NCBI GenBank assembly: GCA_963665115.1
Contig: OY762007.1
Coordinates: forward strand, 512,001-576,000
DNA: 64,000 nucleotides
Reading direction: 5' to 3'
From: an uncultured Rivularia sp.
Lineage (GTDB): Bacteria; Cyanobacteriota; Cyanobacteriia; Cyanobacteriales; Nostocaceae
Below the pieces are notes generated by a model, which did not search any database, was not told the DNA's origin, and saw only the letters and a list, made by a program, of their open reading frames with translations. The translations under genes and the position numbers were made by a program. Positions 41,713 through 52,546 of this stretch are shown piece by piece (position 1 is the first letter of the stretch; the number at the start of each line of letters is the position of its first letter).

Positions 41713-44700
41713 AATTCGATTATTTCTGTATCATCATTAGATTCAATAGATAAAGGCGATGACTTAATTTTTGCGATGGTTAATTGCTCCTCTACAGCTA
41801 CAGCTAATTCTGCAATATTCGTTGCTTCGACTAATAACTGTTTCATGGAAATATTGACTCCAAGTTGAGTTTGTAACTTATTTCTCAACTGCACTAATTT
41901 CAATGAATCCATGCCCAATTGAAAGAAATTATTATCGATTCCCACAGCATCTATCTGGAGAAGTTCTTGCACAATTTCGGCTAAAGATCTCTCCATTTCA
42001 GTTCTTGGAGGTGTTAGAACTGTTTCATATTTAGATTTGAGTATATCGGGGCTGGGTAACTTCTTACGGTCTACTTTTCCATTCGCAGTTAAAGGCAAAG
42101 CATCTAAGATAATATACTCAGAAGGCACCATATATCTTGGTAGCTTCTGTTGTAAGTACTCCCGTAGCTGTACAGAAATTGATTGTGAATCCCGATCTTT
42201 TTTAGAATTTAACCACTGTTTAGTTTGAGCTAAATCGATTTTGCCACCTACAAAGCTATAAAGTAAAACCTGACTTGATTCCAGTTTAAATATATCTTGT
42301 ATTTTGCTCAATTCCAAATAGCCAATAGGACATAATCCTATTTCCTGTTCTGGCGCAGATTTCATTAATAATTGACCGATATGACCTGCTTCTAAAAGAC
42401 AAAATTCTTTTGCTAATTCTCCATAAATTGGGGTAATGGCGCTTAGTTCTCCAATTAAAAATAGGGAAAAAGCACCATTATCAAAAATTGGTTGATTACC
42501 ACGATAAATACTATTATCAATTTCGCTGCCACTACTAACTAATATTAAACGATGGTCGGCAGGATTGTAATAGTATATTCCTGCTTCCAAACCTTCTATT
42601 CGGTTGGGTTTAATTAATAAGTAAGTTTGTACGGGATAAAGACTACCAGCGGAAGGGTAAAGATATTTTGGTAGAGGATAATCCTCCAGTTTCATCTGTT
42701 GTAAGCAACTTAAAAACTTGCTTAATTGTGTTAACGAAATAGGTTGGGGTAGAAATTGTCGATAACTTTGACGTTCTAAGTAAGCTTGGGTAACGTCTTC
42801 ATCAGACTCAGTTTGGGGCAATTGTACGCTATGTTGAGAAGATTCTAACTGTCGCAATCCTGGTTGTTTGAGCTTAAATTCAATCCGTTCTATAGGATCT
42901 TGTATTACTCCTTCTTGTTGAGCAGGCTGGTAAGCTTCTGCGGGATTTTGAGTAGAGGGATTATCGCCAACAATATAAGCTACAAGTTGCTGTTTATTTT
43001 GTGATTCTCCCACTGCAATCACCACAGCTTGTTTAATTCCAGAATGCTGTTTTAATGTCGCTTCAATCTCTCCCAATTCAATCCGATAACCATTAATTTT
43101 CACCTGAAAATCGGAACGTCCCAAAAACTCAATATTCCCGTCAGGTAAATATCTTCCCAAATCCCCAGTTTTATATAATCTTTCCCCAGTTACCGGATGA
43201 TTAATAAAGCCTTCTTTTGTCTTTTTCAAATCTTCCCAATAACCCAAGGCTAATCCAATTCCCCCAATATAAAGTTCTCCCACAACCCATAATGGAGTCG
43301 GTTGCATTAATTCATTCAACACATAAAACTGTTGATTCGTCAGAGGTTTACCATAAGGAATACTTTTCTCGCTAGGATCGACGGTAGTGATGGGATAGAA
43401 AATCGACCAAATCGAAGCTTCCGTTGCTCCCCCCAAACTAACGATTTGAATATCCGAACACTTTGCTTGAATTTGAAGCGGTAAATTTAAAGGCAACCAA
43501 TCTCCACTCAACAAAGCCAAACGTAATGGTAATGGTGTTATTGCTGGCTGTGAGGATAAATATTCTACCAACATTTGCATCAAAGCCGGAACTGAGTTCC
43601 AAATACTTACCCCGCACTTAACTATTAACTCATGCCAGCAAGCAGGATCTTTTACTGCATCTTGTGGTGGAATAACTATGGTTCCCCCAGCCGCAAGAAT
43701 ACCAAAGATATCGTATACTGATAAGTCAAAATTTAATGCTGATAGAGCTAAAAGGCGATCGCCATTTCCAATTCCAAACCGCTGATTAATATCAACAATT
43801 GTATTCACCGCACCTCGATGATCGATCGCAACTCCTTTTGGTAATCCTGTGGAACCTGATGTATAAATTACGTAGGCTAGATTTTCGATATTTTGATCTT
43901 TTAGAGACGTTACATCTAAAGTCTCTACATCATCATCGCTAATACATACAGTCTGCACACCTGGAGGTAAAGAAAAATTGCTTTCAAGGTGTCGTTGAGT
44001 AACAACTAATTGAACTTTCCCTTGTTCGAGTAAATACCACTGTCTTTCTTGCGGTAAATTTGGATCGATTGGCAGATATGCCGCTCCAGACATTAAAATT
44101 CCGAGTACCCCTACAACTTGCTCCCAACCTTTTTCCATGACTACAGCAACTAAATTGTTGGGAGTTGCTCCCAACTGTTGTAACTTCGCTGCTAATCCAG
44201 ATGCAAATTGATATATTTCCTTATAAGTAAAATTCCTCTCGCTGGTAATGACTGCTATTTGTTCGGGTTGTACTTTCACTTGCTCAATAAACAAACCGTG
44301 CAAAGTTTGCTCGCAAATTGGAGCGCTAGTATTATTAACCTCATGGCGTTGAGATAATTGAGCTTGTGGTAATAATTGTTGATGTGCTTCAACCCAAGCT
44401 GATTCGGAAGTTGCTAGACGCTCTAGTAAATCGCAATAAGCCGCAAACATATCATCAATCAGACCTTGTGGGAAGAGTTCTTCCACCCCATCCCAATTAA
44501 ATATCAATGCTCCTTTTTTCTCTCTGACTTGATGATCCAGCCAAACTTGGGGCGTTTGACTAATACTGTAAACTTCTTCTCCCAAACGATCTAACATCCA
44601 TATTTCTTCACCGAGCGAGTCCAAACCGAGGGTGCTGGTAAAAACTATTGGTACAATCTGATAGCTTTCTCGCCGACGATTTAATTCTCGTTGAACCTTT

Positions 44701-47700
44701 ACCGCACTAATATAACCGCGATCTAAATCTTGCCATAGTTGCTGCTGTAATTTTTGAGCGCGGTTGGCAAATGTATTAGGAACTGAGTTATCAACTTCCA
44801 GAAGTGTTAGAGAGGTGAAGTCGCCAACTAAATCGTTGACTTGGGGGTGCAGGGATAAACGATTAAAAAGAGTCAAATTAATCGTAAATTTCTGACTTTT
44901 GCTCCAAATACCAAGAATTTGGGCGAAAGCAGCTAATAAAACCCCACTAGGAGTTAAATTAAATTTATTTCCCCAATCTTTCAATTGTTGCCATTCACTT
45001 GGGGATAGTTTGGCGTTGCGACGTTTAAATTTAGGCTTGGTAATAGAACCTGGATTCTTGGCTAAGGGTAATTCTGGTGCTGAGGGTAGAGTTTCTAATC
45101 GGTTAAACCAATACTCCTGAGAACGTTGATATTGTGGTGTATTTGATAAAGTTAACTCCGCGAAAACATAATCTCGAAATGAAAGTTCTAGTGGGGGTAA
45201 TACAACATCGGGATTCTCGTAAAGTTTTGCCCACTCTCGCCCCAGGACAAACATACTCCAGGCATCAGCTATCAGTGCATCGAAGCTGAGATGAAGTCGG
45301 ATATGTACCTGATCCAAACGAGTAGCTCGGATTTCAAACAACGGAAAGCTATCTGCTGTTAATACCTCATGAGACATACGTTCGCGGATAGATTCGAGCT
45401 TTGCGTTAACTGCTTCGTCAGATTCTCCGCACAAGTCCAAAAGCTCAATATCGTAGGAGGGAACTTGTTCTAGAATTTGCTGCTGACCATCTGGTAAGAT
45501 TACAGTTCTGAGCATCTCATGGCGGTCAATTAATTTCTGCCATGCCTGATTTAACCTTTGCAGATTTAAGTTTTTACTTTCTAACTCTATATAACCGTGA
45601 GCAGCAATATTACCTAGTTCAAAGGCTTCATTACGACCTAGCCAGTAAGCTTGTTGAATATCGGTGAGAGGGAAGGGCTGATACCGTTGCTCGGGAGCAG
45701 GTACAATTGTCGGCAAAGGAACCAACATTTCAGATGAAGATTCACCTTGACGCAAAGAAGCAAGATTTTGGGTAAGTTCGGCAACGGTGGGAGATTCCAA
45801 CAAAGAGCGTAAGGGAAACTCAACATTAAAAGTTTGCTGTAATCGAGAAACTACTTGAGTCGCGAGCAGTGAATGTCCTCCCAATTCAAAAAAGTTATCG
45901 TGAATCCCCACTCGTTGCAGTTTCAGTACCGAGGTAAAAATATCAGCAATTGCTGCTTCGGTAGATGTGCGGGGTGCAACAAATTCTACTTGTCGATTTT
46001 GCTCTACATCCGGTGTGGGTAAAGCGCGACGATCTATTTTACCATTAGGGTTTAAAGGTAAAGCTTCTAAAATGACAAAAGCAGACGGCACCATATAATC
46101 GGGCAACTTCTGCCTGATTAAATCACGCAATTCCTTAGTGCTTAAAGATTCTTGGCGAGCAACAATATAGGCAGCTAAATACTTATTATCTACTTGTTCT
46201 TCTCGAACAATTACCACCACTTCTTGTACTTGAGGATGGGTAATCAGAACCGCTTCAATTTCCCCTAACTCGATGCGGAAGCCACGAATTTTAACTTGAT
46301 TGTCAATTCTACCCAAAAACTCAATGTTTCCATCAGGTAAATACCGAGCTAAATCTCCAGTTTTATAAAGTTGTTCTTGTTTTACTCCCCTATTTGCAAA
46401 GGGGCTGGAGATGAATTTCTGCTTAGTTAAATCTGGACGATTAAAGTAGCATTGCGCCAAACCAATACCACCAACGTGCAGTTCTCCCGGAACCCCAATA
46501 GGAACTGCTTGGAGATGACTGTCTAAGATATAAACTTGTGTATTATTAAAAGGATGTCCAATGGGCACTAGCCCATCAACAGATAAATTGACATTCGTAC
46601 TTTCAAAATAGGTACTGTCAATAGTGGCTTCACTCAGCCCATAGGAATTAATTAAGCGAGTATTAGAATCGCAAAAACGCTTCCATTCTTGATATTCTTT
46701 TACATATAAACTATCCGAACCTACCACCAACAACCGCATAAAGTGAAGATTTTGGTTGGTTCTTTTCAGATATTGCACCAAATTCCTCAAAACAGGTGGA
46801 ACAAACTCCGCGCAATCAATCTTCTCTTCGCGCATCAAGTTATACAGCTTTTCCGGTTCTAAAAGCCACTCACGGGGACATAAAACTAACTTACCCCCAG
46901 AGCAAAGAGCGCGAATGAAATCCCCAGAAAACACATCAAAAGAGAAACTAGCCATTTGTAAATGACTGGTGAGGGAATTAAGCTGATATGCATCTTCCCA
47001 AGCCCAATATGCATTAACTAAACTACGATGGGCGATCGCAACTCCTTTAGATCTACCTGTAGAGCCTGATGTGTATACTACATAGGCTAAATTTTCTGAC
47101 GTGGCACTGTGAACTAAATTTGTTTCACTTTCCTGACTAATAACTTGCCAATCTTTGTCCAAACAAACCACAGGTATATCTTGCTCGGGAAGAATTTCTA
47201 GCAGTTTTTCTTGAGTCAACAATACCGATACCTGTGAATCACCAAGCATGAAATTCAAGCGCTCTTGAGGCAATCGCGGATCTAAAGCTACATAAGCTCC
47301 ACCAGCTTTAAGAATTCCTAAATTACCTACAACCATTTCCAGGGAAACGCTCCACATAAATTCCCACTAGCACATCTGGCTTTACTCCCAATGAATGCAA
47401 GTAGCGTGCTAATTGATTAGCTCGTTCGTTTAACTCTTGGTAAGTCAGTTGTTTGTCTTGAAACGATACAGCTACTGCATTTGGTGTTTTATTCGCCCTA
47501 TCTTCAAATAACTGATGAATGCACAAACAGGGGGGATATTCTACTTGGTTATTATTCCACTCTCTCAATAAATTCTCTTCGACATCCGATAGCATTGGTA
47601 ATAAACCAATCTCCTTCTGTGGGTTGTTGACAATTCCCTCAAGTAAAGTCTGAAAATTGTCCGCCATTCGCTTGATAGTCGTTTCATCAAATAAATCAGT

Positions 47701-49113
47701 GCTGTACCTGAAAATACCAATTAAGGATTCTCTTGTCTCGACAATATCCAATACTAAATCGTTTTGTCCTTCCTGTTGCGGTATCACAAAAGGTTCTAAA
47801 GTCAAACCTCCCCAACTTTCTGCAACTGTTGTTTTATTAGACACAGATAATTCATATTCCGGTGCCATTTCCTGAAGTTGCAACATATTAAACGAAGCAC
47901 GGAAAAGCCCAAGAAGACTGGGGTCGCGGTTTAACTGTAATCGCTCGATTAATAATGGAGTTGGATAATCTTGATGGGTGAGTGCTGCTAATACCGATTG
48001 ACGCACTTGAGACAAAAGCTCAGAAAAGGTAGGATTGCCAGCAAAATTTACTCGCAGAGCCAGCATATTAACGAAAAAGCCTACAGTATGGGCGAATTCA
48101 GCCTTACTTCTCCCCTCCGTAGGAGAGCCAACAACGATATCTTCCTGCCCCGTGTAGCGATGAACCAGTACTTGAAAAGCTGCCAGCAGGGTCATGTAAA
48201 GGGTTGCTCCCTCCCCTCTTCCTATTTCCTTAAGCTTATGGGCTAATTCTTTAGTTAGTTCAAAACTATAACAAGCTCCTTGATAATTCTGCACTGGCAT
48301 TCGCGGGCGATCCGTAGGCATATTTAGTACTGGTAACTCCCCAGCAAACTGTTTCTGCCAATATGCCCAATTATTATCCCCCACAGGACTTTTGAGCATT
48401 TTATCTTGCCATTGCACAAAGTCCTTATACGAGTGCTTAATAGGAGCTAGAGATACTGAAGAACCATGACTTTCCGCCTCGTAGAGCAAACGCAACTCAT
48501 CTAAAATAATCCCAAATGAAAAACCATCTACCGCAATGTGATGTATCGTCAGTAATAACACATAGTCTTGTAGAGAGCGAGTAAATAGATCTACTCGGAT
48601 TACACAACCTCGTTGCAAATCAAAAGGACGCTTATATGCAGCGATCGCCCTTTCGATCAATTCCGAATCATCCCAATTTGAAGCGTCAGTAGTTTCAATA
48701 GAGAATTCCTGGTATTCGTGAACTACTTGAAAAGGTTCAGCATCTCCTTGAGCAAACGTAGTACGTAGTGTGGGATGACGAGCTATTAATGCCTGCAAAG
48801 CCCGTTCCAAAGCCGGAACATTTAAACGGGAACGGATGCGAACTGTAAAAGCAATATTATATGCAGCGCTTGATGGTGCAAGTTTATATAGAAACCATAA
48901 ACCTTGCTGACCGTAACTAAGAGGATAGGATCTAGAACTATAAAAATCGGATCTCAATAAATGAATAATTTCTGTCTTATGCTGCTTAATTTTATTTAAT
49001 AGTGTGGAAGTTAATGCTTCTTTAGGACCCCGATAACGCAGCTTATCATTCTCTACCCACAATTCCACATTCTGCTGTGATAGGTCTTTAATAAAATCAG
49101 CTAAATTATTCAT
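41709..49113 (-). CDS. NRPS: docking domain-C-A(Orn/Lys-like)-T-Cy-A(Cys, embedded FMN oxidase)-T, split by a +1 frameshift near 47346
   Basis: HHIAVDG, A1 code ~DVGEVGSIDK, GGHSL, DALIAD, A2 code DLYNLSLIWK, R.S.R.F / PSAG.LYP oxidase insert, GMDSL. Confidence 0.9.
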
Positions 49114-49532
49114 ATTTCTCCGTCAATCCAATCATCATCATCATTTATTGCTTTGGAGTTGAGGTTTTCCTTATCTTGAGAGAGAGCATTTTCTATCTGC
49201 TCATCCACTAGCATTACCAAATTAGCAACAGTAAAGTCGTCTAGGAATTTCACCGCAGCCAAGTCCACCAACCAATCGGTTCTCACTTTATTCCTCAGTT
49301 TTACAGCAATCAGAGAGTCAATTCCTAAATACTTGATAGACTGCTGCATATCTAATTCAGATGGGCTTATACCTATAGCTTTAGCAATCTCAAGACGCAT
49401 ATAAGCTCCTAAGAATTCTTGACGCTCGCTTGTAGTGAATTCAGCCCATCTTTCTAAAAATTCATAGGGTTTTACTACAGTGTGTTCTAATTCTTCTTGT
49501 GATTCAATTTCACCAATTAATTTGGAATGCAT
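49110..49532 (-). CDS. Stand-alone acyl carrier protein with acidic C-terminal docking tail
   Basis: LGIDSL phosphopantetheine motif; ends DDDDWIDGEI. Confidence 0.85.
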   Translation of the reverse strand: MHSKLIGEIESQEELEHTVVKPYEFLERWAEFTTSERQEFLGAYMRLEIAKAIGISPSELDMQQSIKYLGIDSLIAVKLRNKVRTDWLVDLAAVKFLDDFTVANLVMLVDEQIENALSQDKENLNSKAINDDDDWIDGEI

Positions 49533-49567
49533 GGGAAAAATTATAGTTTTAAAATGAACCCTAAAGC

Positions 49568-50164
49568 TTAAGTTAATACAGATTTGTGACCATTATTAAT
49601 AGTTTTTTCATTCTCGCTATTTAAGATAGCGATGGTAACATCACCTTCAGACCAACCACCATTATCATCATAAAATGCACAGGAAGTTTTCAACATAATT
49701 AAATCCCCACGAGCAGATACTTTATTTATTGATAAAGCTCCTTGAAAATGATTAGAATTTATTGGCTTTTTAAAAGCGCTAGAAAATTTAACAATCAGAA
49801 AATCACTCAGATGACGAAATTCATAGGTTTCTAAACTCCAATTTTTCATCACCTCCAACAAATCATTTTGTACTAAATAAGCAATTATTATATAGAACAA
49901 TTGGTTGTAACAAATATTGAATTCTACTGAATTAAAATGACCAGTATCATCAATATAGCAAGATTCTGAAATTGAAAAGTCAGCTTTTATAAACCATAGA
50001 CTCCGAACATCACTTTTATTTTTATCAATCAAATCACTTTGTATTGGATATTGAAATTGAGCTTTTTTTAGATACTTACAACTCTCCTTATAAGGCTTAA
50101 GAAAAGTATCCAATAAATCCTGATTAACATCATCAACCTTGATATATTCCTGATTGATATTCAT
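49568..50164 (-). CDS. FcoT/ScoD-like thioesterase
   Basis: L.PYK..C.YLK and SCYIDDTGHFN.VEFNICYNQ signature of the FcoT family. Confidence 0.88.
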   Translation of the reverse strand: MNINQEYIKVDDVNQDLLDTFLKPYKESCKYLKKAQFQYPIQSDLIDKNKSDVRSLWFIKADFSISESCYIDDTGHFNSVEFNICYNQLFYIIIAYLVQNDLLEVMKNWSLETYEFRHLSDFLIVKFSSAFKKPINSNHFQGALSINKVSARGDLIMLKTSCAFYDDNGGWSEGDVTIAILNSENEKTINNGHKSVLT

Positions 50165-50274
50165 AGTTTTTGCTCAGTGGATTAGATGATAACTACAATC
50201 AAATAAATAAACCACAGAACTGTAACCTCTGTGATTCTTCAATTTGATTGTTAATTTGCATGTAAAAGTAATAT

Positions 50275-51171
50275 TTACTTGACAAGCATTCTTGACTGTT
50301 TTTCCACACTCTCAGAGGAAACATAAAATGGTAAGCCATCGTAAATACCGATGCGATAGCTGACACTTTTCTCACCTGTTGGCACTGTAGAAGCCATATG
50401 ATTTAAACTTCTGTTCTCCCATAAGAGAATATCTCCGTCTCTCCATGTATGGGTATGAATATGCTCATCACGTTCAATAAATGCAAATAGTTCGGGCAAA
50501 ACTTTTTGATTTGTTTCACGATCAACATTCACAATACCAGTGGTAAAACCTTGGCTCATGTACAATATTTTTTCATTAGTAACGGGATGGGTAATTACAG
50601 ATGGGTGTGTTACAGATGGAAATTTATTTTCAAAATCATTCATAATATCGATGACTGCTCTATCAATATCACACTCTTGGACTTTATAACGCCATTTAGC
50701 CTCATGACGTAAATATTTTCCATCAACATACATTTTTAAATTTGCAGGCAATTTTTTATAAACCTGCTGCATATCTATGTAATAAGTTTCTCTAATCGAA
50801 TGAGGTAAAACTTGCGGGTATAACATCGTAAATGGCAAGGGTTCATTAAGAAATGCACAGTCAGTATGCCAATATCTGCCAGTACCCTTAACTCCAAATT
50901 TCTTCCCATCTTTCGGAACATTAGAAGATACAAATATTTCTGGATAATCTGGGTGATGATAATTATCTTGAGGGTAAATTTGTGGAACTCCAATTTTGCT
51001 CGCAAATTCTAAGTATTGGTCTTCATTAATATTTTGGTTTCTGAAAACCACTAATTTATGTTCGTATACAAGTTGCTTAATTATATTGATTTGTTCTTTA
51101 GCAATTGAAACAACGTCTATGTCTAAAATCTCTGCACCAATAAATTCCAAAGGAGGTCTATTAATCTTCAT
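50275..51171 (-). CDS. ScoE-like Fe(II)/2-oxoglutarate dioxygenase (putative isonitrile synthase, TauD superfamily)
   Basis: Y.HP..PEIFVSSNVP..GK..GV..TG.YWH.D, YPQV.P, TY.IDM, THP.T.E..LY.S.GFT, W.NRSL.H, VSYR, collinear with ScoE as I recall it; the ORF could extend to TTG 51240. Confidence 0.85.
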   Translation of the reverse strand: MKINRPPLEFIGAEILDIDVVSIAKEQINIIKQLVYEHKLVVFRNQNINEDQYLEFASKIGVPQIYPQDNYHHPDYPEIFVSSNVPKDGKKFGVKGTGRYWHTDCAFLNEPLPFTMLYPQVLPHSIRETYYIDMQQVYKKLPANLKMYVDGKYLRHEAKWRYKVQECDIDRAVIDIMNDFENKFPSVTHPSVITHPVTNEKILYMSQGFTTGIVNVDRETNQKVLPELFAFIERDEHIHTHTWRDGDILLWENRSLNHMASTVPTGEKSVSYRIGIYDGLPFYVSSESVEKQSRMLVK

Positions 51172-51774
51172 TGTTTTTTGTATGCTTATTTTATTGGAAC
51201 TTGCCTTCTCTACATCTGTTCCTTGTTTTTTGTTCTGCAATTCTGCTCAAATAATTGACAATCCTCTTACAAAGTAAAGTAGATGAGAATGGTATAAAAA
51301 ACCATTTATATTACCTACTATGGATATATTCAAAACTCACGATGTTGAATATTTATGATTCATTGAGACTATAACCTAAAATCTATTCCTAGCAAAAAGT
51401 AACAAATAGTACATATTAGTTTTTACTATTATTGACTATTTTTCTTCACAGGAATAAAAAGTAGCTATTTATACTATTTCTTTAAATTAAATGTTTTCAG
51501 TGCTTATAATGAATTGCTTTCAGTGCTTATATAGATAGAAAAACGATCGAAGCAATAGTCTAAAATAATACTAATTATTTAAAATGAATTTGTTGGTAAT
51601 CAATTTACTGTATTTTTATTTAAGTAAGCAGAATAATTCTGATGTTTGATAAGTTGTCAAACTAATCTCAAATGCTTATTAATTAAGGACTTTTAAAGCA
51701 GAGCGACTAACCGTTCTAAATCATAAGAATAATTAATCAAAAGTAAGTTAATAAAAATTATGATATTTGGATCA

Positions 51775-51864
51775 AGACTTACGCACTCGTGATGATTTTC
51801 CAGAGTTTAGGATTGCAAGATACGTCGCAATGACTGTAATTACGTTGTCTTTACGTAAGTCCTA
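51775..51864. repeat. Short MITE/REP-like element
   Basis: Inverted ends GACTTACG...CGTAAGTC. Confidence 0.55.
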
Positions 51865-52546
51865 TAGATATCAAACGAATGTACTCTGCTTAAGCGACTA
51901 CGAGAAAATAAATGATTTCAAAAATAATGATAATTACTCTCGTTGGGGTGACTATAATTTGGGTGGACGTAATTAATTCCCCATAAATTTCACTTAGGAA
52001 CTTCAATGTTCGTCTAATTAAGGGATAAATCCGGGGGCTCCTCAGAAGCGATTTTATCGAGTGACGGTTAAAAATAATCGTTTAATTTTGCTGCCCGAGC
52101 TTTTTTTGAGTATCACTAATTTGAGCTTCTAACTCGTATTATCGTTATTTCCGATATCCGAACATATTATTTACTTATTGAATATCTTTACAAAAATGAT
52201 ATTAGGAACCATTTATCAGAAAAAATCACTCGGTATAAACCACAGCAAAACTATTAACTCGATTGCAACTTCATCTGGCTCCCGTGTAAGTTTCACTTAT
52301 CGATGCTAATGTAGCTATTGAACTGGGACGATCGAATTTTCGTCCTGTTATTTAATTCGGCTTCTTGTTCTAAGGCTTTGTCATACTTCTGCCATATTTG
52401 AGCCGATTGATAAAATCTTGTAATATTTTTTTATGTTTCGACCTGTCTCGATCGCTATTTAACTTTAACGACCTTTGCTCAAGCTTTACACAGAGTTAGA
52501 ACACAACACATTTTGCTAACACATACCCATTTGGAGAGATACCTTC

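Noticed and set aside
50275..51171. Generic TauD taurine dioxygenase or SyrP-like hydroxylase
   Set aside because: ScoE-specific segments and adjacency to FcoT, ACP and ligase genes favour an isonitrile synthase
51767..51976. 69-aa ORF upstream of the cluster
   Set aside because: TTG start, overlaps a MITE-like repeat, no recognisable motif
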